A stretch of DNA of 63,067 nt, counting the filler. It is 3 parts of 3 records of this genome, joined end to end, with 100 filler letters (N's around TTAATTAATTAA, not from the genome) between each part and the next. Parts side by side here need not be neighbours in the genome. Positions count along the whole stretch, not along the records: positions 26,015 to 53,088 come from DRR723986_8725; 2 more parts are not named here. One strand, 5' to 3'. The notes under the pieces are model-generated. The model worked only from the letters and a program-made list of their open reading frames with translations, was not told where the DNA came from and made no database searches. Within the stretch, counting starts at the first letter, position 1. Each line of letters starts with the position of its first letter. Both the position numbers and the translations under genes were made by a program. This document shows positions 39,416 to 49,972 of this stretch, piece after piece.

Positions 39416-41659
39416 ATGGCGGACGGCACAGAAAGTGAATCCCGCAAGCTGCTTGGTCGGCTGCGTGAAGCGATGGCCAGCGACGACGCTGGCCAAGCGC
39501 GTTTGGATAAGATCACCCATTTGATTGCGGACAGCATGGGCAGCGAGGTCTGTTCGGTCTATTTGTTCCGTGATTCTGATACCTTAGAGCTCTGCGCGAC
39601 CGAAGGGTTGCAATCTGAGTCAGTCCACCAGACCCGCCTGCGGATGGGCGAGGGCCTAGTCGGACGGGTTGCCAAGTACAGCAAAGTCATCAATACCCCT
39701 GATGCTCCGTCGACCAAGGGGTTCCGCTATATGCCAGAAACCGGCGAGGAGCGGTTTTCGTCCTTTCTTGGGATACCGATTCAGCGACTTGGCGAAAAGC
39801 TGGGCGTTTTGGTTGTTCAATCCCGTGATGCGCGCGAGTTTTCCGCCGACGAAGTGTACGCTTTGGAAGTGGTTGCGATGGTCATTGCTGAAATGACCGA
39901 ACTTGGCGCATTTGTGGGCGAGGGCGCGGCGCTGTCGCCTTTGCACCAACAATCTGTCTTGTTGCGTGGCGGAACCGGTCAAGAAGGTGCTGCCGAAGGG
40001 CACGTACTGCTGCATGAACCGCGCGTTGTCATCACCAATCCCATTGCAGACGACCCGGTACGCGAGGTTGAGCGCCTAAACGATGCGGTCGAAGAGTTGC
40101 GCGTTGGTGTCGATAAGATGCTCGAGATGTCCCAAAATGGGGACAAAGAGCAGCTGCAAGTTCTTGAAGCGTATCGGATGTTTGCCAATTCCAAAGGATG
40201 GATGCGGCGCATGGAAGAAGACATCTCGCGCGGGTTGAGTGCAGAAGCCGCCGTCGAGAAAGAGCAATCGCAGGCACGCGCACGGATGGAGCAAGTCAAC
40301 GACCCTTATCTGCGTGAGCGTTTGGCCGATCTTGACGATCTAAGCAATCGATTGTTGCGGATTTTGACCGGGCAGGGTGTGCAATCCGGGGCAGAGCATC
40401 CAACAGATGCCATTTTGGTGGCCCGAAACATTGGCCCTGGCGAGTTGTTAGAATATGGGCGCGCTCTTAAAGGGATCGTGCTGGAAGAGGGGTCAGTCGG
40501 GTCTCATGCAGCGATCGTTGCGCGCGCATTGGCGATTCCCTTGGTTGTTCATGCGGAACGGATCACGACCGAAGCCTTGAATGGTGATCATGTCATGGTG
40601 GACGGGGATCAGGGCATTGTTCACCTGCGCCCAGATGACTCGGTTGTGACTGCATTTCGTGATAAGATCGCGATGCAAGCTGACGCGCAGGCCCGTTATG
40701 TCTCTATCCGTGATACGCCCGCAGTGACCCGTGATGGGACGCGGATCAACATGGTGATGAACGCGGGGTTGATGGCTGATTTGCCGTCCTTGGACAATTC
40801 CGGCGCCGAAGGGGTTGGTCTGTTTCGAACTGAATTGCAGTTCCTTGTGCGTAATCAGATGCCAAAGCGATCTGAATTGTCAGCTCTGTATTCCCGTGTA
40901 TTGGACGCGGCGCACGGCAAACGCGTTGTGTTTCGAACCTTGGACATCGGGTCGGACAAGGTACTGCCCTATATGAAACCTACGGATGAACCGAACCCTG
41001 CATTGGGGTGGCGGGCGATCCGGGTCGGTCTGGATAAGCCGGGCGTGATGCGTATGCAGTTGCAGGCGTTGATGCGGGCGGCGAATGGCCGACCTTTGAC
41101 TATCATGTTCCCGTTTGTTGCCCAGTTTGAAGAATATCGCGCAGCGCGCGCTGAGGTGGATAAGACAATCGCGCGCGAGAAGAAACTTGGTCACATTTTG
41201 CCTGAAACGATTGAGGTCGGGGCGATGTTGGAAACGCCGTCACTGGCCTTTGCACCCCAGAAATTCTTTGATGAGGTGGGATTTGTTTCGATTGGGGGCA
41301 ACGATCTAAAGCAGTTTTTCTTTGCGGCGGACCGTGAAAATGAACGGGTGCGCCGTCGATATGATACACTCAACGTGAGTTTCTTGACGTTCATTGAACG
41401 GATTGTCGAGCGTTGCGCGATTTCCGGAACGCCACTTAGTTTCTGTGGCGAAGACGCCGGACGTCCGATCGAGGCCTTGTGTCTGGCTGCGATGGGGTTG
41501 CGGACGTTGTCTATGCGACCTGCATCAATTGGGCCAGTTAAGAGTCTGCTTTTGAGATCTAATCTGGAAGAGATCCGTAAGATTATCTCTGATGCGCGCC
41601 ACCGCGGCGAGCAATCAGTACGGCCCGCTGTGATGGAATGGTTGCGGACGCAGGGGTGA
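39416..41659 (+). CDS. ptsP: Nitrogen-regulatory PTS enzyme I (GAF-EI)
   Basis: N-terminal GAF domain, phospho-His motif SHAAIVAR, GLFRTE, RTLDIGSDK and EPNPALGWR. lysC-ptsP synteny is typical of Alphaproteobacteria. Confidence 0.95.
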   Translation: MADGTESESRKLLGRLREAMASDDAGQARLDKITHLIADSMGSEVCSVYLFRDSDTLELCATEGLQSESVHQTRLRMGEGLVGRVAKYSKVINTPDAPSTKGFRYMPETGEERFSSFLGIPIQRLGEKLGVLVVQSRDAREFSADEVYALEVVAMVIAEMTELGAFVGEGAALSPLHQQSVLLRGGTGQEGAAEGHVLLHEPRVVITNPIADDPVREVERLNDAVEELRVGVDKMLEMSQNGDKEQLQVLEAYRMFANSKGWMRRMEEDISRGLSAEAAVEKEQSQARARMEQVNDPYLRERLADLDDLSNRLLRILTGQGVQSGAEHPTDAILVARNIGPGELLEYGRALKGIVLEEGSVGSHAAIVARALAIPLVVHAERITTEALNGDHVMVDGDQGIVHLRPDDSVVTAFRDKIAMQADAQARYVSIRDTPAVTRDGTRINMVMNAGLMADLPSLDNSGAEGVGLFRTELQFLVRNQMPKRSELSALYSRVLDAAHGKRVVFRTLDIGSDKVLPYMKPTDEPNPALGWRAIRVGLDKPGVMRMQLQALMRAANGRPLTIMFPFVAQFEEYRAARAEVDKTIAREKKLGHILPETIEVGAMLETPSLAFAPQKFFDEVGFVSIGGNDLKQFFFAADRENERVRRRYDTLNVSFLTFIERIVERCAISGTPLSFCGEDAGRPIEALCLAAMGLRTLSMRPASIGPVKSLLLRSNLEEIRKIISDARHRGEQSVRPAVMEWLRTQG

Positions 41660-41977
41660 GTGCTGGCTTTAGCCTAAGAGTAAGAATTTTTTCGTGAACT
41701 CAGTGAATTGAGGTCAAAAGTTGAGACGTTTCTTGTCGGCTGATGAGTGTTCTTACACTTAAGTGTTTTGATCCCGTATCCTCAAATGAGCGGTGATTGG
41801 AGCAGGTGGTGATGAAAGTCGCTTATCTTTTTCGGACATATTTGAGGCTTGTGGGCGCAGGTTTTTGCTTTCTATGGCTTTTCTCAACTTATTGGGCGGA
41901 TAATTGGAATGAGCGTGCATTGAGAGTGCGCGCTCCTCCGTATTTGTTTGATCGTTAGGTTTGAGAGGCGGAGCGCT

Positions 41978-43837
41978 TCAGGATCCAAAAATCTTGTTCA
42001 TCAACCGGCGGTGCCATGGTGCTTGAGATGGATCATGATCTGGCTGGGCAGACGAAAGGGCAGCAGCCCCTTGCGGATCGATGATGGTTTTCCCGTCTTC
42101 AAACTGCAACCGATATAGATCTGCATACATACCACCACGCGCCAACAGATCTTCGTGGCACCCTTGGTCGACCACTGTGCCGCGATCCATCACAACGATC
42201 TTGTCAGCGTTTCGGATAGTCGACAAACGGTGTGCGATCACAATTGTTGTACGACCGCCAGACAGGCGATCTAGTGCTTCTTGCACAACTTTTTCGGATT
42301 GAGCATCCAGCGCGCTGGTGGCTTCGTCCAAGAGCAGAATGGGCGTATCTCGTAACAGCGCGCGCGCGATCACAACGCGTTGACGCTGGCCACCAGACAG
42401 CGCAGAGCCGCGCGGCCCAACGAGTGTCTCTAAACCATCGGCCAGTTTCGGAAGGAAGTCGGAGACATGCGCCGCGTCTAGAACGCCTTGCAGTTGTTCA
42501 TCTGTGACATCAGTTCGCCCAAGCAGGATGTTCTCGCGCAGGCTTTCGTCAAACAACAATGCCTCTTGCGTTACCACCGAATAGAGATCGCGCAATTTTG
42601 GCAACGCCATATCCTGCACCGCGACGCCACCAACTTGGACTGTACCAGCTTGAGGATCGACCAAACGCGTCAACAGGTTAAAGATGGTTGATTTCCCCGC
42701 CCCTGAGGCACCGACCAAAGCTGTGGTTTTACCGGCCTCAGCGGTCAGGGTCAGATCTCGTAAGATCTTAGCATCTCCATAGTTGAGACAAACATTCGTC
42801 AGCGTAACCTCAGGGCGCCCCGACGGCGCGGCAACGGGGTTGGCGGGGGAAACCATTTTGATGGGCGCATCCATCAGCTCTTTGAGGCGTTCCAATGCAG
42901 CAGCCGCAGCTTGCCACGCCCCACTCATCGATGCGAGGCGGCGCATTGGATCAAAGAGCAGACCGATGGCTGTGAAAAAGCTCATGAATTCCCCGACGGT
43001 CTTTTCACCGGCGATGATTTCGTGGCCGCCGTAGAACAATACACCCATGAACCCAAGCCCCGCCATGACGTCCATCGCCCCGGTGATAGAAGCGGTTCCA
43101 AACAGAGCCCGAATCTCGGACCGGACGAACCAGGACATTTGATCGTCAAAACGTTTTTGCTGGTACTCTTCCAGGCTGTTCAGTTTGATTGGGATGATTC
43201 CATGGAAAATTTCGTCCAAACGCGTTGCCAATGATGCCCCCAGATCACGCGCAGCCGAGGCCTTTTTGCGCACGTATTTCTGCGCTGACCCGACGGGTAG
43301 CAATAAAAGCGGCACGCCAACCAACATGATCAGTGTCCAAACCAGATCAACATTGATTGCAACGCCCAGCAAAACGATCAGCGAAATGACATCTCGGCCC
43401 GCGCCCGTTACGATCATCTGCCATACCTGATTGACGGCGCCGACGTCCGTTTGAACACGCTGGATCAGGAACCCGGGGGGGTGTTCTTGGTGAAAAGAGG
43501 TATCTTGCTGGATCAGGCGGCGCAGCAAATCGCTGCGCAGATGGGCGGCTGTGGTTTGCGTGATTTTGGCCAGCAACACTTTTTGCGCAACGCCGGCACC
43601 ACCTCGGATCACAAAAATCAACAGGAAAGCTAAGCTGACCCATTTTAGCGCATCCGTATTCCCTGCCACAAAGACAGTGTCAAACATCGGTTGCATCATA
43701 TAGCTGAGCGCGCCAACCATCGACCCTTCGAGTAGCATAAAGAACATGGCGATCATAAGAACGCCGATGTGGTGACGCAGATAGTCACGCCACAGCCAGC
43801 CCAACAGCTCGCGCGAAGATTTTTGTTTGGCGCTCAT
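41978..43837 (-). CDS. ABC exporter, fused TMD-NBD (MsbA-like)
   Basis: Six-TM region, GASGAGKS, LSGGQRQR and LDEATSALD. Confidence 0.92.
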   Translation of the reverse strand: MSAKQKSSRELLGWLWRDYLRHHIGVLMIAMFFMLLEGSMVGALSYMMQPMFDTVFVAGNTDALKWVSLAFLLIFVIRGGAGVAQKVLLAKITQTTAAHLRSDLLRRLIQQDTSFHQEHPPGFLIQRVQTDVGAVNQVWQMIVTGAGRDVISLIVLLGVAINVDLVWTLIMLVGVPLLLLPVGSAQKYVRKKASAARDLGASLATRLDEIFHGIIPIKLNSLEEYQQKRFDDQMSWFVRSEIRALFGTASITGAMDVMAGLGFMGVLFYGGHEIIAGEKTVGEFMSFFTAIGLLFDPMRRLASMSGAWQAAAAALERLKELMDAPIKMVSPANPVAAPSGRPEVTLTNVCLNYGDAKILRDLTLTAEAGKTTALVGASGAGKSTIFNLLTRLVDPQAGTVQVGGVAVQDMALPKLRDLYSVVTQEALLFDESLRENILLGRTDVTDEQLQGVLDAAHVSDFLPKLADGLETLVGPRGSALSGGQRQRVVIARALLRDTPILLLDEATSALDAQSEKVVQEALDRLSGGRTTIVIAHRLSTIRNADKIVVMDRGTVVDQGCHEDLLARGGMYADLYRLQFEDGKTIIDPQGAAALSSAQPDHDPSQAPWHRRLMNKIFGS

Positions 43838-44002
43838 GGCTTTGCTTTCTGGAGGGGGAAGGGATCTGTCTGCACTGCATCTTTCATGACTGTTTCATTT
43901 AATCGGCTCAGGGATTTGGTGCAAGCTTCGCCTATGGCCTAAGACTGATTGACGTTGCTTATCTCGCGGCTAGGGTGTGCCTTAACAGGAGAATGCAAAG
44001 AC

Positions 44003-45211
44003 ATGACACAGGATCTGAGAGTCGCGCAGGGTCGCGGGTATCTGGCCATTCCGGGCCCATCTGTGATGCCGGAAGCGGTATTGCGGGCGATGCATCGGGC
44101 GTCCCCGAACATTTACGAAGGTGAATTGCTGGACATGATGGAGCCGCTGACGGCGGATCTACGTCGTGTCGCCCGTACCAAGCACAAGGTGGCGATCTAT
44201 ATCGCGAATGGCCACGGTGCGTGGGAAGCTGCCTTGGCGAACGTGATCGCACCGGGCGAGCGGGTGCTTGTGCCTGCAACGGGCCGGTTTGGCATTGGTT
44301 GGGGGGAAATGGCCACGGGGGTCGGAGCCGATGTTCAGGTGTTGGATTTCGGTAAATCCAGTCCTTGGGATTTGGACCAGATCGCCGAAGTGTTGCGGGC
44401 TGATACCGGCCACACCATCAAAGCTGTGCTTGCCGTTCATGTGGATACATCGAGTTCGGTGCGCAACAACGTACCTGCCCTGCGCGCGGTGTTGGATGAG
44501 GTGGATCATCCGGCGCTGCTGATGGCGGACTGTATCGCGTCGCTGGGATGTGATGAGTTCGAAATGGACGCGTGGGGCGTTGATGTGATGGTGACCGGCA
44601 GCCAAAAAGGACTGATGGTGCCCCCTGGTATGGGGTTTGTGTTCTTTAATGACAAAGCCGCAGCTAAAAGGTCTGAAATGCCACGTGTTTCCCGATATTG
44701 GGATTGGTCCCCTCGTGCGAACCCGGAGGAGTTTTTCCAATACTTCGGAGGCACAGCGCCAACGCATCACCTGTATGGTCTGCGTGCCGCGTTGGATATG
44801 ATCCATGATGAGGGGATCGAGCATGTCTGGGCGCGGCACCAACGTTTGGCGCAAGCAATCTGGGCCGCATGTGAAACTTGGGGTGCGGATGGCGAGTTGC
44901 GCCTGAACGTCACTGATCGGGCCTTTCGATCCCATGCGGTAACTGCTCTGCGTTTGGATGCACCTAACGGCACCGCATTGCGCACTTGGGTTCAAGACAA
45001 TTTGGGCCTGACCTTGGGTATTGGGCTGGGCATGGCCGAACCGGACGACCCGGCAAGGGATGCTTTTTTCCGCCTCGGGCACATGGGACATGTGAATGGG
45101 CAGATGATATTGGGCCTGCTTGGGGGCATTCAAGCGGGGCTCAGCGCGCTGGACATTCCACACGGGCGCGGCGCCGTGGAAGCCGCCGCCGCCGTGATCG
45201 CTGGGCGCTAA
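44003..45211 (+). CDS. Class V aminotransferase (serine/alanine-glyoxylate aminotransferase-like)
   Basis: IPGPS, VHVDTSS, DCIASLG, PLP-lysine motif GSQKGLM.PPG and FRLGHMG. Confidence 0.9.
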   Translation: MTQDLRVAQGRGYLAIPGPSVMPEAVLRAMHRASPNIYEGELLDMMEPLTADLRRVARTKHKVAIYIANGHGAWEAALANVIAPGERVLVPATGRFGIGWGEMATGVGADVQVLDFGKSSPWDLDQIAEVLRADTGHTIKAVLAVHVDTSSSVRNNVPALRAVLDEVDHPALLMADCIASLGCDEFEMDAWGVDVMVTGSQKGLMVPPGMGFVFFNDKAAAKRSEMPRVSRYWDWSPRANPEEFFQYFGGTAPTHHLYGLRAALDMIHDEGIEHVWARHQRLAQAIWAACETWGADGELRLNVTDRAFRSHAVTALRLDAPNGTALRTWVQDNLGLTLGIGLGMAEPDDPARDAFFRLGHMGHVNGQMILGLLGGIQAGLSALDIPHGRGAVEAAAAVIAGR

Positions 45212-46326
45212 CGCCCCGTTTCTGCGCGCGCTGCTGCTAAAGCCTGCGGCAGCGCGATCGCAAATTGATCCAGATCGGATGCCGGACCACAGCTGACGCG
45301 AATGCATCGGTTCTGCGGTTCGGCAAAGGGCATACGAACAAAAAGGCCAGCCTCGATCAACGCATCAAGGGTAGCCTTTGCAAAAACTCCATCATGGCCG
45401 CAATCAATCGTAACGAAGTTGGTGGCCGATGGCAGTGGCGTTAATCCGTTGTCTTTCGCAATCTGGGCCAATCTGTCCCGCGCGGTTGCGATTTCTGACT
45501 GCACATGGGCCAGCCATTCCCCATCTTTCAAGGCGGCAAGGGCCCCGGCCTGCGCGGCACGGTTCATTCCAAAATGATTGCGCACCTTGTTAAAGGCCGA
45601 AATCAACTCGGGCGCCCCCAATGCATAGCCCACGCGCGCGCCTGCCATGCCATAAGCTTTGGAAAACGTGCGCATTCGGATGACGCGGGTGTCATTGATA
45701 TCAACGGGCGCGGCAGTTCCGTCAGGGGCGCATTCAACATAGGCTTCGTCAAGCACCAACAGGCAGCCCATAGGCAATGCATCCATCGCTGCGACGATGT
45801 CCGCCCCACTGTGCCAGCTGGCCATCGGATTATCGGGGTTTGCTAGATAGACAAGTTTGGCGTCGACCTCAGCCGCTTTAGCGAATAGCAAAGTCGGGTC
45901 TTCGTGATCGTTTACATAGGGAACTGTGTGCAACTCACCGCCAAAACCAGCAACATGGTAGTTAAAGGTTGGATAGGCCCCTTGAGAGGTGACAACAGTA
46001 TCCCCGGGGCCGACCAAAAGGCGCACCAGATAGCCCAGCAACCCATCAATGCCTTCGCCCACGACGATGTTTTCGGGCCGAATCCCGTGATGTGTCGCCA
46101 AAGCCTGACGTAGGTCATAGTTTTCCGGATCGCCGTACATCCACAGATCGCTCGCAACCTCTTGCATCGCAGCGATGGCGCGCGGAGAGGGGCCAAAGAT
46201 GTTTTCGTTGGCGCCTAGGCGCGCGGCAAAGGGCGTGCCGCGCTGTCGCTCTTGCGTCTCGGGCCCGACAAAAGGCACGGTTGCGGGCAGGGATTGGGCA
46301 AGCGGGGTGTAGCGTGGTTCACTCAT
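45208..46326 (-). CDS. PLP-dependent aminotransferase, HisC-like
   Basis: LGANEN.FGPS, ANPDNP, DEAY and RTFSKAYGMAGARVGY. Confidence 0.9.
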   Translation of the reverse strand: MSEPRYTPLAQSLPATVPFVGPETQERQRGTPFAARLGANENIFGPSPRAIAAMQEVASDLWMYGDPENYDLRQALATHHGIRPENIVVGEGIDGLLGYLVRLLVGPGDTVVTSQGAYPTFNYHVAGFGGELHTVPYVNDHEDPTLLFAKAAEVDAKLVYLANPDNPMASWHSGADIVAAMDALPMGCLLVLDEAYVECAPDGTAAPVDINDTRVIRMRTFSKAYGMAGARVGYALGAPELISAFNKVRNHFGMNRAAQAGALAALKDGEWLAHVQSEIATARDRLAQIAKDNGLTPLPSATNFVTIDCGHDGVFAKATLDALIEAGLFVRMPFAEPQNRCIRVSCGPASDLDQFAIALPQALAAARAETGR

Positions 46327-46381
46327 ACCCGCAGATAACCGCAGCGCGCGTGCATCGGCAAGCCTCGCGCTGCGTTTTAGA

Positions 46382-47281
46382 TCAGAAGAAGATCAGGTAA
46401 ATGATACCGGCGTAGATGCTGTATTGGAGCGCGTAATAGACGGTGGAGTTCCACGCTTTGATCTTTTTACCAAAAGCGCGTGCTTTATAGATCCACGCGA
46501 ATGCCTTGTTCACAGCGCCAACTTTGTCGCCGGGCGCATTCTTAGTTGCTGAGGCAGACATAACCACATTCGAAAATACGGTGTTGATCCAGTCGATCGG
46601 GGCAAAGGTCACGGGCCGTTTGATATCCAAAAACAGGACGATCCGGTTTTTGTCAGTCGTGTTGGCTGCGTGGTGGATATAGGTTTCGTCAAACATGACA
46701 ACCTCGCCATCGCGCCATGAATAGTTCTCACCATCCACGTTGATGTAACAGCCATCGTCGTTCGGTGTTTCCAATCCCATGTGATACCGAACCGACCCGG
46801 CAAAGGGATCCCGGTGGCGCACCAGAGTTGCCTCGGGCGGAAGGCTGGCAAACATCGCCCCTTTAATCGATGGGATATCTTCGACCATCTTTGTCGTGAT
46901 CGGGCAGGTGTTCGCAGCTGAATCGAGCGACGAGCCGTACCATTTCAGATAAAACCGGGTCCACCCGGTCTTAAAGAACGAATTAAAACCGATGTCGTCC
47001 AAATCGTCAGAGGCCTTGATCGCGCCTTGCTCGTTCAGGGCCATGGCCTCATCCCGGATGGTTTGCCAATTATCTTGCAGCGGCTTTAATTCCGGGAACA
47101 AAGCAGGGTCGATGTAGGGTGTCGTGGGAACCTTGGAAAACGCATAGAACAAACAGTTCAACGGGGCGAACAGATTGGCGTGGTCTGTGATCCGGCGGCG
47201 GATCAGTTCGTGACGCAGCTTGCCACGCGTTTGAACGTAAACGGAACACACAACAAAAATCAGAAGCAGGGCGATGCCCAT
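46382..47281 (-). CDS. Aspartyl/asparaginyl beta-hydroxylase family protein (LpxO-like lipid hydroxylase)
   Basis: N- and C-terminal TM anchors, FNSFFKTGW.RFYLKWY, HRDP (HxD), FDETYIH and RIVLFLD. Confidence 0.85.
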   Translation of the reverse strand: MGIALLLIFVVCSVYVQTRGKLRHELIRRRITDHANLFAPLNCLFYAFSKVPTTPYIDPALFPELKPLQDNWQTIRDEAMALNEQGAIKASDDLDDIGFNSFFKTGWTRFYLKWYGSSLDSAANTCPITTKMVEDIPSIKGAMFASLPPEATLVRHRDPFAGSVRYHMGLETPNDDGCYINVDGENYSWRDGEVVMFDETYIHHAANTTDKNRIVLFLDIKRPVTFAPIDWINTVFSNVVMSASATKNAPGDKVGAVNKAFAWIYKARAFGKKIKAWNSTVYYALQYSIYAGIIYLIFF

Positions 47282-47584
47282 TTGAAATTCCTTTCTGAAA
47301 GATTTGCAAGAGAGGTCGTGGGAAACTCAGATGGCGCGCATATGTGGTGCCGAGAAAGGGATCGCAAGGGGGCAGGTCAAACTGGACGTTCACATTTGTG
47401 ACAAGGTCAAAGCTCCAAGGCTTTTCTGACCGTGTTTGCTTAGAAAGCGGGCGCAGAGATCGGCAAGATTATGCCTGCTTTTCGCATCACTTGAGGCGGT
47501 CAATAAGGGAGCCTCTTGGGTTGCTTTAGCTGGCAGATATCCGCAAGGTCCAAATCTAATGCCTTCAAGTCAAAGGGACTTCTT

Positions 47585-48655
47585 ATGCGTTTGTTCTTAA
47601 TCTTATGTTTGATCGGGCTGGGCTATCTGTTGTTTTGGCCGGTTCCCGTGTCACCCGTTGCGTATGAACCGCAACCCTCACAGGGGTTTCAGGGGGCATT
47701 TGCGGAAAACCGCGCATTGGGTGCGGCTGACGTGATCGAGTTGCCGGGGACAGACATCGGCCCCGAAGATCTGGCTGTTATGCCGGATGGCACCGTTTAC
47801 ACCACCAGCTTGTCAGGTGTTTTATACCGCATAGATGGCGAGGCCCCGGAAAAGGTAGATGAATTGGGGGGGCGTCCGCTTGGCCTTAAGGCGGGGCCAG
47901 ATGGGGCGCTGTACATCGCGGACAGTTTTCGCGGGATTTTGCGATGGACCAGACCGGGCAGTTTAGAAACAGTGGTTTCTGAAATCGACGGCGATCCAAT
48001 TATCTATGCCAACCAGTTGGATGTGGCTCAAGATGGGACGATTTATTTCTCAAACTCGTCAGATCGCTTTGATCCCGAAACAATGGGGGGAACAAAGCCC
48101 ACGTCCGTGTTGACCATTTGGGAGCAGTCCAACACCGGCTATGTCGCCCGTTGGTCACCGGATGGTACGGTTGAAAAAATTGCCGAAGGGTTTGTCTACA
48201 CCAATGGGGTGGCCCTATCCCCCAACGAAGACTTCTTGTTGATCAATGAAACCGGGCGTGCGCGGGTGCACCGGCTGTGGTTGGCCGGGGATAAGGCTGG
48301 CCAAACAGAGGTATTTTTAGATAACCTGCCTGGGTATCCCGACAATTTGGAACGTCAAGCGGACGGCACTTTCTGGATGGCCTTTGCGAGCCCGCGGGTG
48401 CCAGCCGAGGCACTGATGCCGTATCCATTCTTGCGTAAAGTGATTTGGCGTTTGGGGCCTTTGGTGCGTCCCAAGCCGATTGAACGCGGCATGGTGGTTC
48501 AATTCGATGCGCAGGGTAAGATCTTGCGCACGCTACAAGATCCCGATGGGCGCTTGGGGATCACAACCGGGGCGCGGATTGTTGGTGATGCATTTTATGT
48601 CATGACACTCGATTCTCGTGGCTTTGGGCGTATGTCTGTGCAGGACATGCCCTGA
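47585..48655 (+). CDS. Strictosidine synthase / SMP-30-like beta-propeller protein
   Basis: GPEDLA, GRPLGL, IYFSNSS, NGVALS and LPGYPDN; N-terminal anchor. Confidence 0.85.
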   Translation: MRLFLILCLIGLGYLLFWPVPVSPVAYEPQPSQGFQGAFAENRALGAADVIELPGTDIGPEDLAVMPDGTVYTTSLSGVLYRIDGEAPEKVDELGGRPLGLKAGPDGALYIADSFRGILRWTRPGSLETVVSEIDGDPIIYANQLDVAQDGTIYFSNSSDRFDPETMGGTKPTSVLTIWEQSNTGYVARWSPDGTVEKIAEGFVYTNGVALSPNEDFLLINETGRARVHRLWLAGDKAGQTEVFLDNLPGYPDNLERQADGTFWMAFASPRVPAEALMPYPFLRKVIWRLGPLVRPKPIERGMVVQFDAQGKILRTLQDPDGRLGITTGARIVGDAFYVMTLDSRGFGRMSVQDMP

Positions 48656-48733
48656 ACTGCCCCAACGTTTGGGTGGTGCGGCCTGTGAGTTCGCGCCAAT
48701 CTATCGGTAACATTGAAAAAGGAGAGGTCGATA

Positions 48734-49516
48734 ATGGCGCGTGTTTCAGTTGAATATCAGGACAACATTGCACGGGTGACGCTAACCCGGGGGGACAAAA
48801 TGAACGCCTTGGACACGGCTATGATCCAAGCGATTGTGTCCGCGGGGCAAGAAGTTGCTGCGTCCGATGCCCGTGCCGTGGTTCTCTCAGGCGAAGGTAA
48901 ATCATTCTGTGCCGGGCTGGACATGATGAGTTTTGGCGCGCTTGCAGCCGAAGAAAACACCGATTGGATCATGGATCGCACCCACGAGGACGCGAACCTG
49001 TTTCAAGAGGTTGCGCTGGTTTGGCGACGGGTTCAGGTGCCTGTGATTGCAGCACTTCAAGGTGCGGTTTATGGCGGTGGCCTGCAATTGGCGTTGGGGG
49101 CGGACATCCGCATCGCGGCGCCTGATGCCAAGTTTTCGGTGATGGAAATGAAGTGGGGCTTGATCCCAGACATGGGCGGGATGGTGTTGTTGCCCCAGTT
49201 GATGCGTTCTGATGCATTGCGCCAGATGACCTATACGGCGCGTCCCGTGGATGTGAACCAAGCGATGGCTTGGGGGTTGATTACGTCGGTGGATGATGAT
49301 CCGATGACTGCAGCGTTTGCCCTTGCGGAAGAAATCGCAGGCAAAAGCCCCAGCGCAATTCGGGCCGCCAAACGGTTGATCGACATTGCAGAAAGCCAGA
49401 GCAGGCAAGACGTTTTGTTGGCCGAAAGCGCGGAACAAGGCAAACTGATTGGCAAAGCGGAACAGATGGAAGTCATCGCCGCCAACATGCAGGGGCGCAA
49501 ACCTGACTTCAAATAA
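48734..49516 (+). CDS. Enoyl-CoA hydratase/isomerase (crotonase) family protein
   Basis: KMNALD, FCAGLD, GGGLQLALGADIR and EMKWGLIPDMG. Confidence 0.92.
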   Translation: MARVSVEYQDNIARVTLTRGDKMNALDTAMIQAIVSAGQEVAASDARAVVLSGEGKSFCAGLDMMSFGALAAEENTDWIMDRTHEDANLFQEVALVWRRVQVPVIAALQGAVYGGGLQLALGADIRIAAPDAKFSVMEMKWGLIPDMGGMVLLPQLMRSDALRQMTYTARPVDVNQAMAWGLITSVDDDPMTAAFALAEEIAGKSPSAIRAAKRLIDIAESQSRQDVLLAESAEQGKLIGKAEQMEVIAANMQGRKPDFK

Positions 49517-49534
49517 GTTGCAGGGAGATCAGTT

Positions 49535-49894
49535 TTGCGGCTCATTCTCTACACCAAGCGCATGGAAGAGATGGTCTCGTTTTACGAGAGGCATTTTGAT
49601 TATCGGGCAGAACGGAATGAAGGGGATCGGATCGTTGAGCTGATCCCTGCCGGCTATGGGGTGCACCTGCTGTTGCACCCAGCAGGCAAAGCCACGCGCG
49701 AGGGGCAAGTCGCGGTCAAACTGGTCTTTGATGTTGAGGACGTACTAGAGTTTTGTGCCCATGCGGCTAAATCAGGTTTGAATTTTGGGCCAATTCACAA
49801 TGTCGATGGCTATTGTTTTGCCAATGCCAAAGATCCGGCAAAAAACTCGATCTCAGTGTCCAGCCGTGCGTTTCGGGGGCCGTCACGTCCATGA
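49535..49894 (+). CDS. VOC/glyoxalase family protein
   Basis: MVSFYERHF, KLVFDVEDV and KDPAKNSISV. TTG start. Confidence 0.7.
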   Translation: MRLILYTKRMEEMVSFYERHFDYRAERNEGDRIVELIPAGYGVHLLLHPAGKATREGQVAVKLVFDVEDVLEFCAHAAKSGLNFGPIHNVDGYCFANAKDPAKNSISVSSRAFRGPSRP

Positions 49895-49916
49895 AGCTGT
49901 GTATCTGACTCAATAA

Positions 49917-49956
49917 AACACCCCGCTACAATGGTTTGTAGCGGGGTGTTCTTTTT
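49917..49956. terminator. Bidirectional intrinsic terminator between the VOC gene and valS
   Basis: Perfect 15-bp stem AACACCCCGCTACAA-tggt-TTGTAGCGGGGTGTT with A/T runs on both sides, between convergent genes. Confidence 0.85.
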
Positions 49957-49972
49957 CATCATGCCAAGGATA

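Noticed and set aside
44159-45307. 382-aa minus-strand ORF
   Set aside because: Antisense shadow of the class V aminotransferase.
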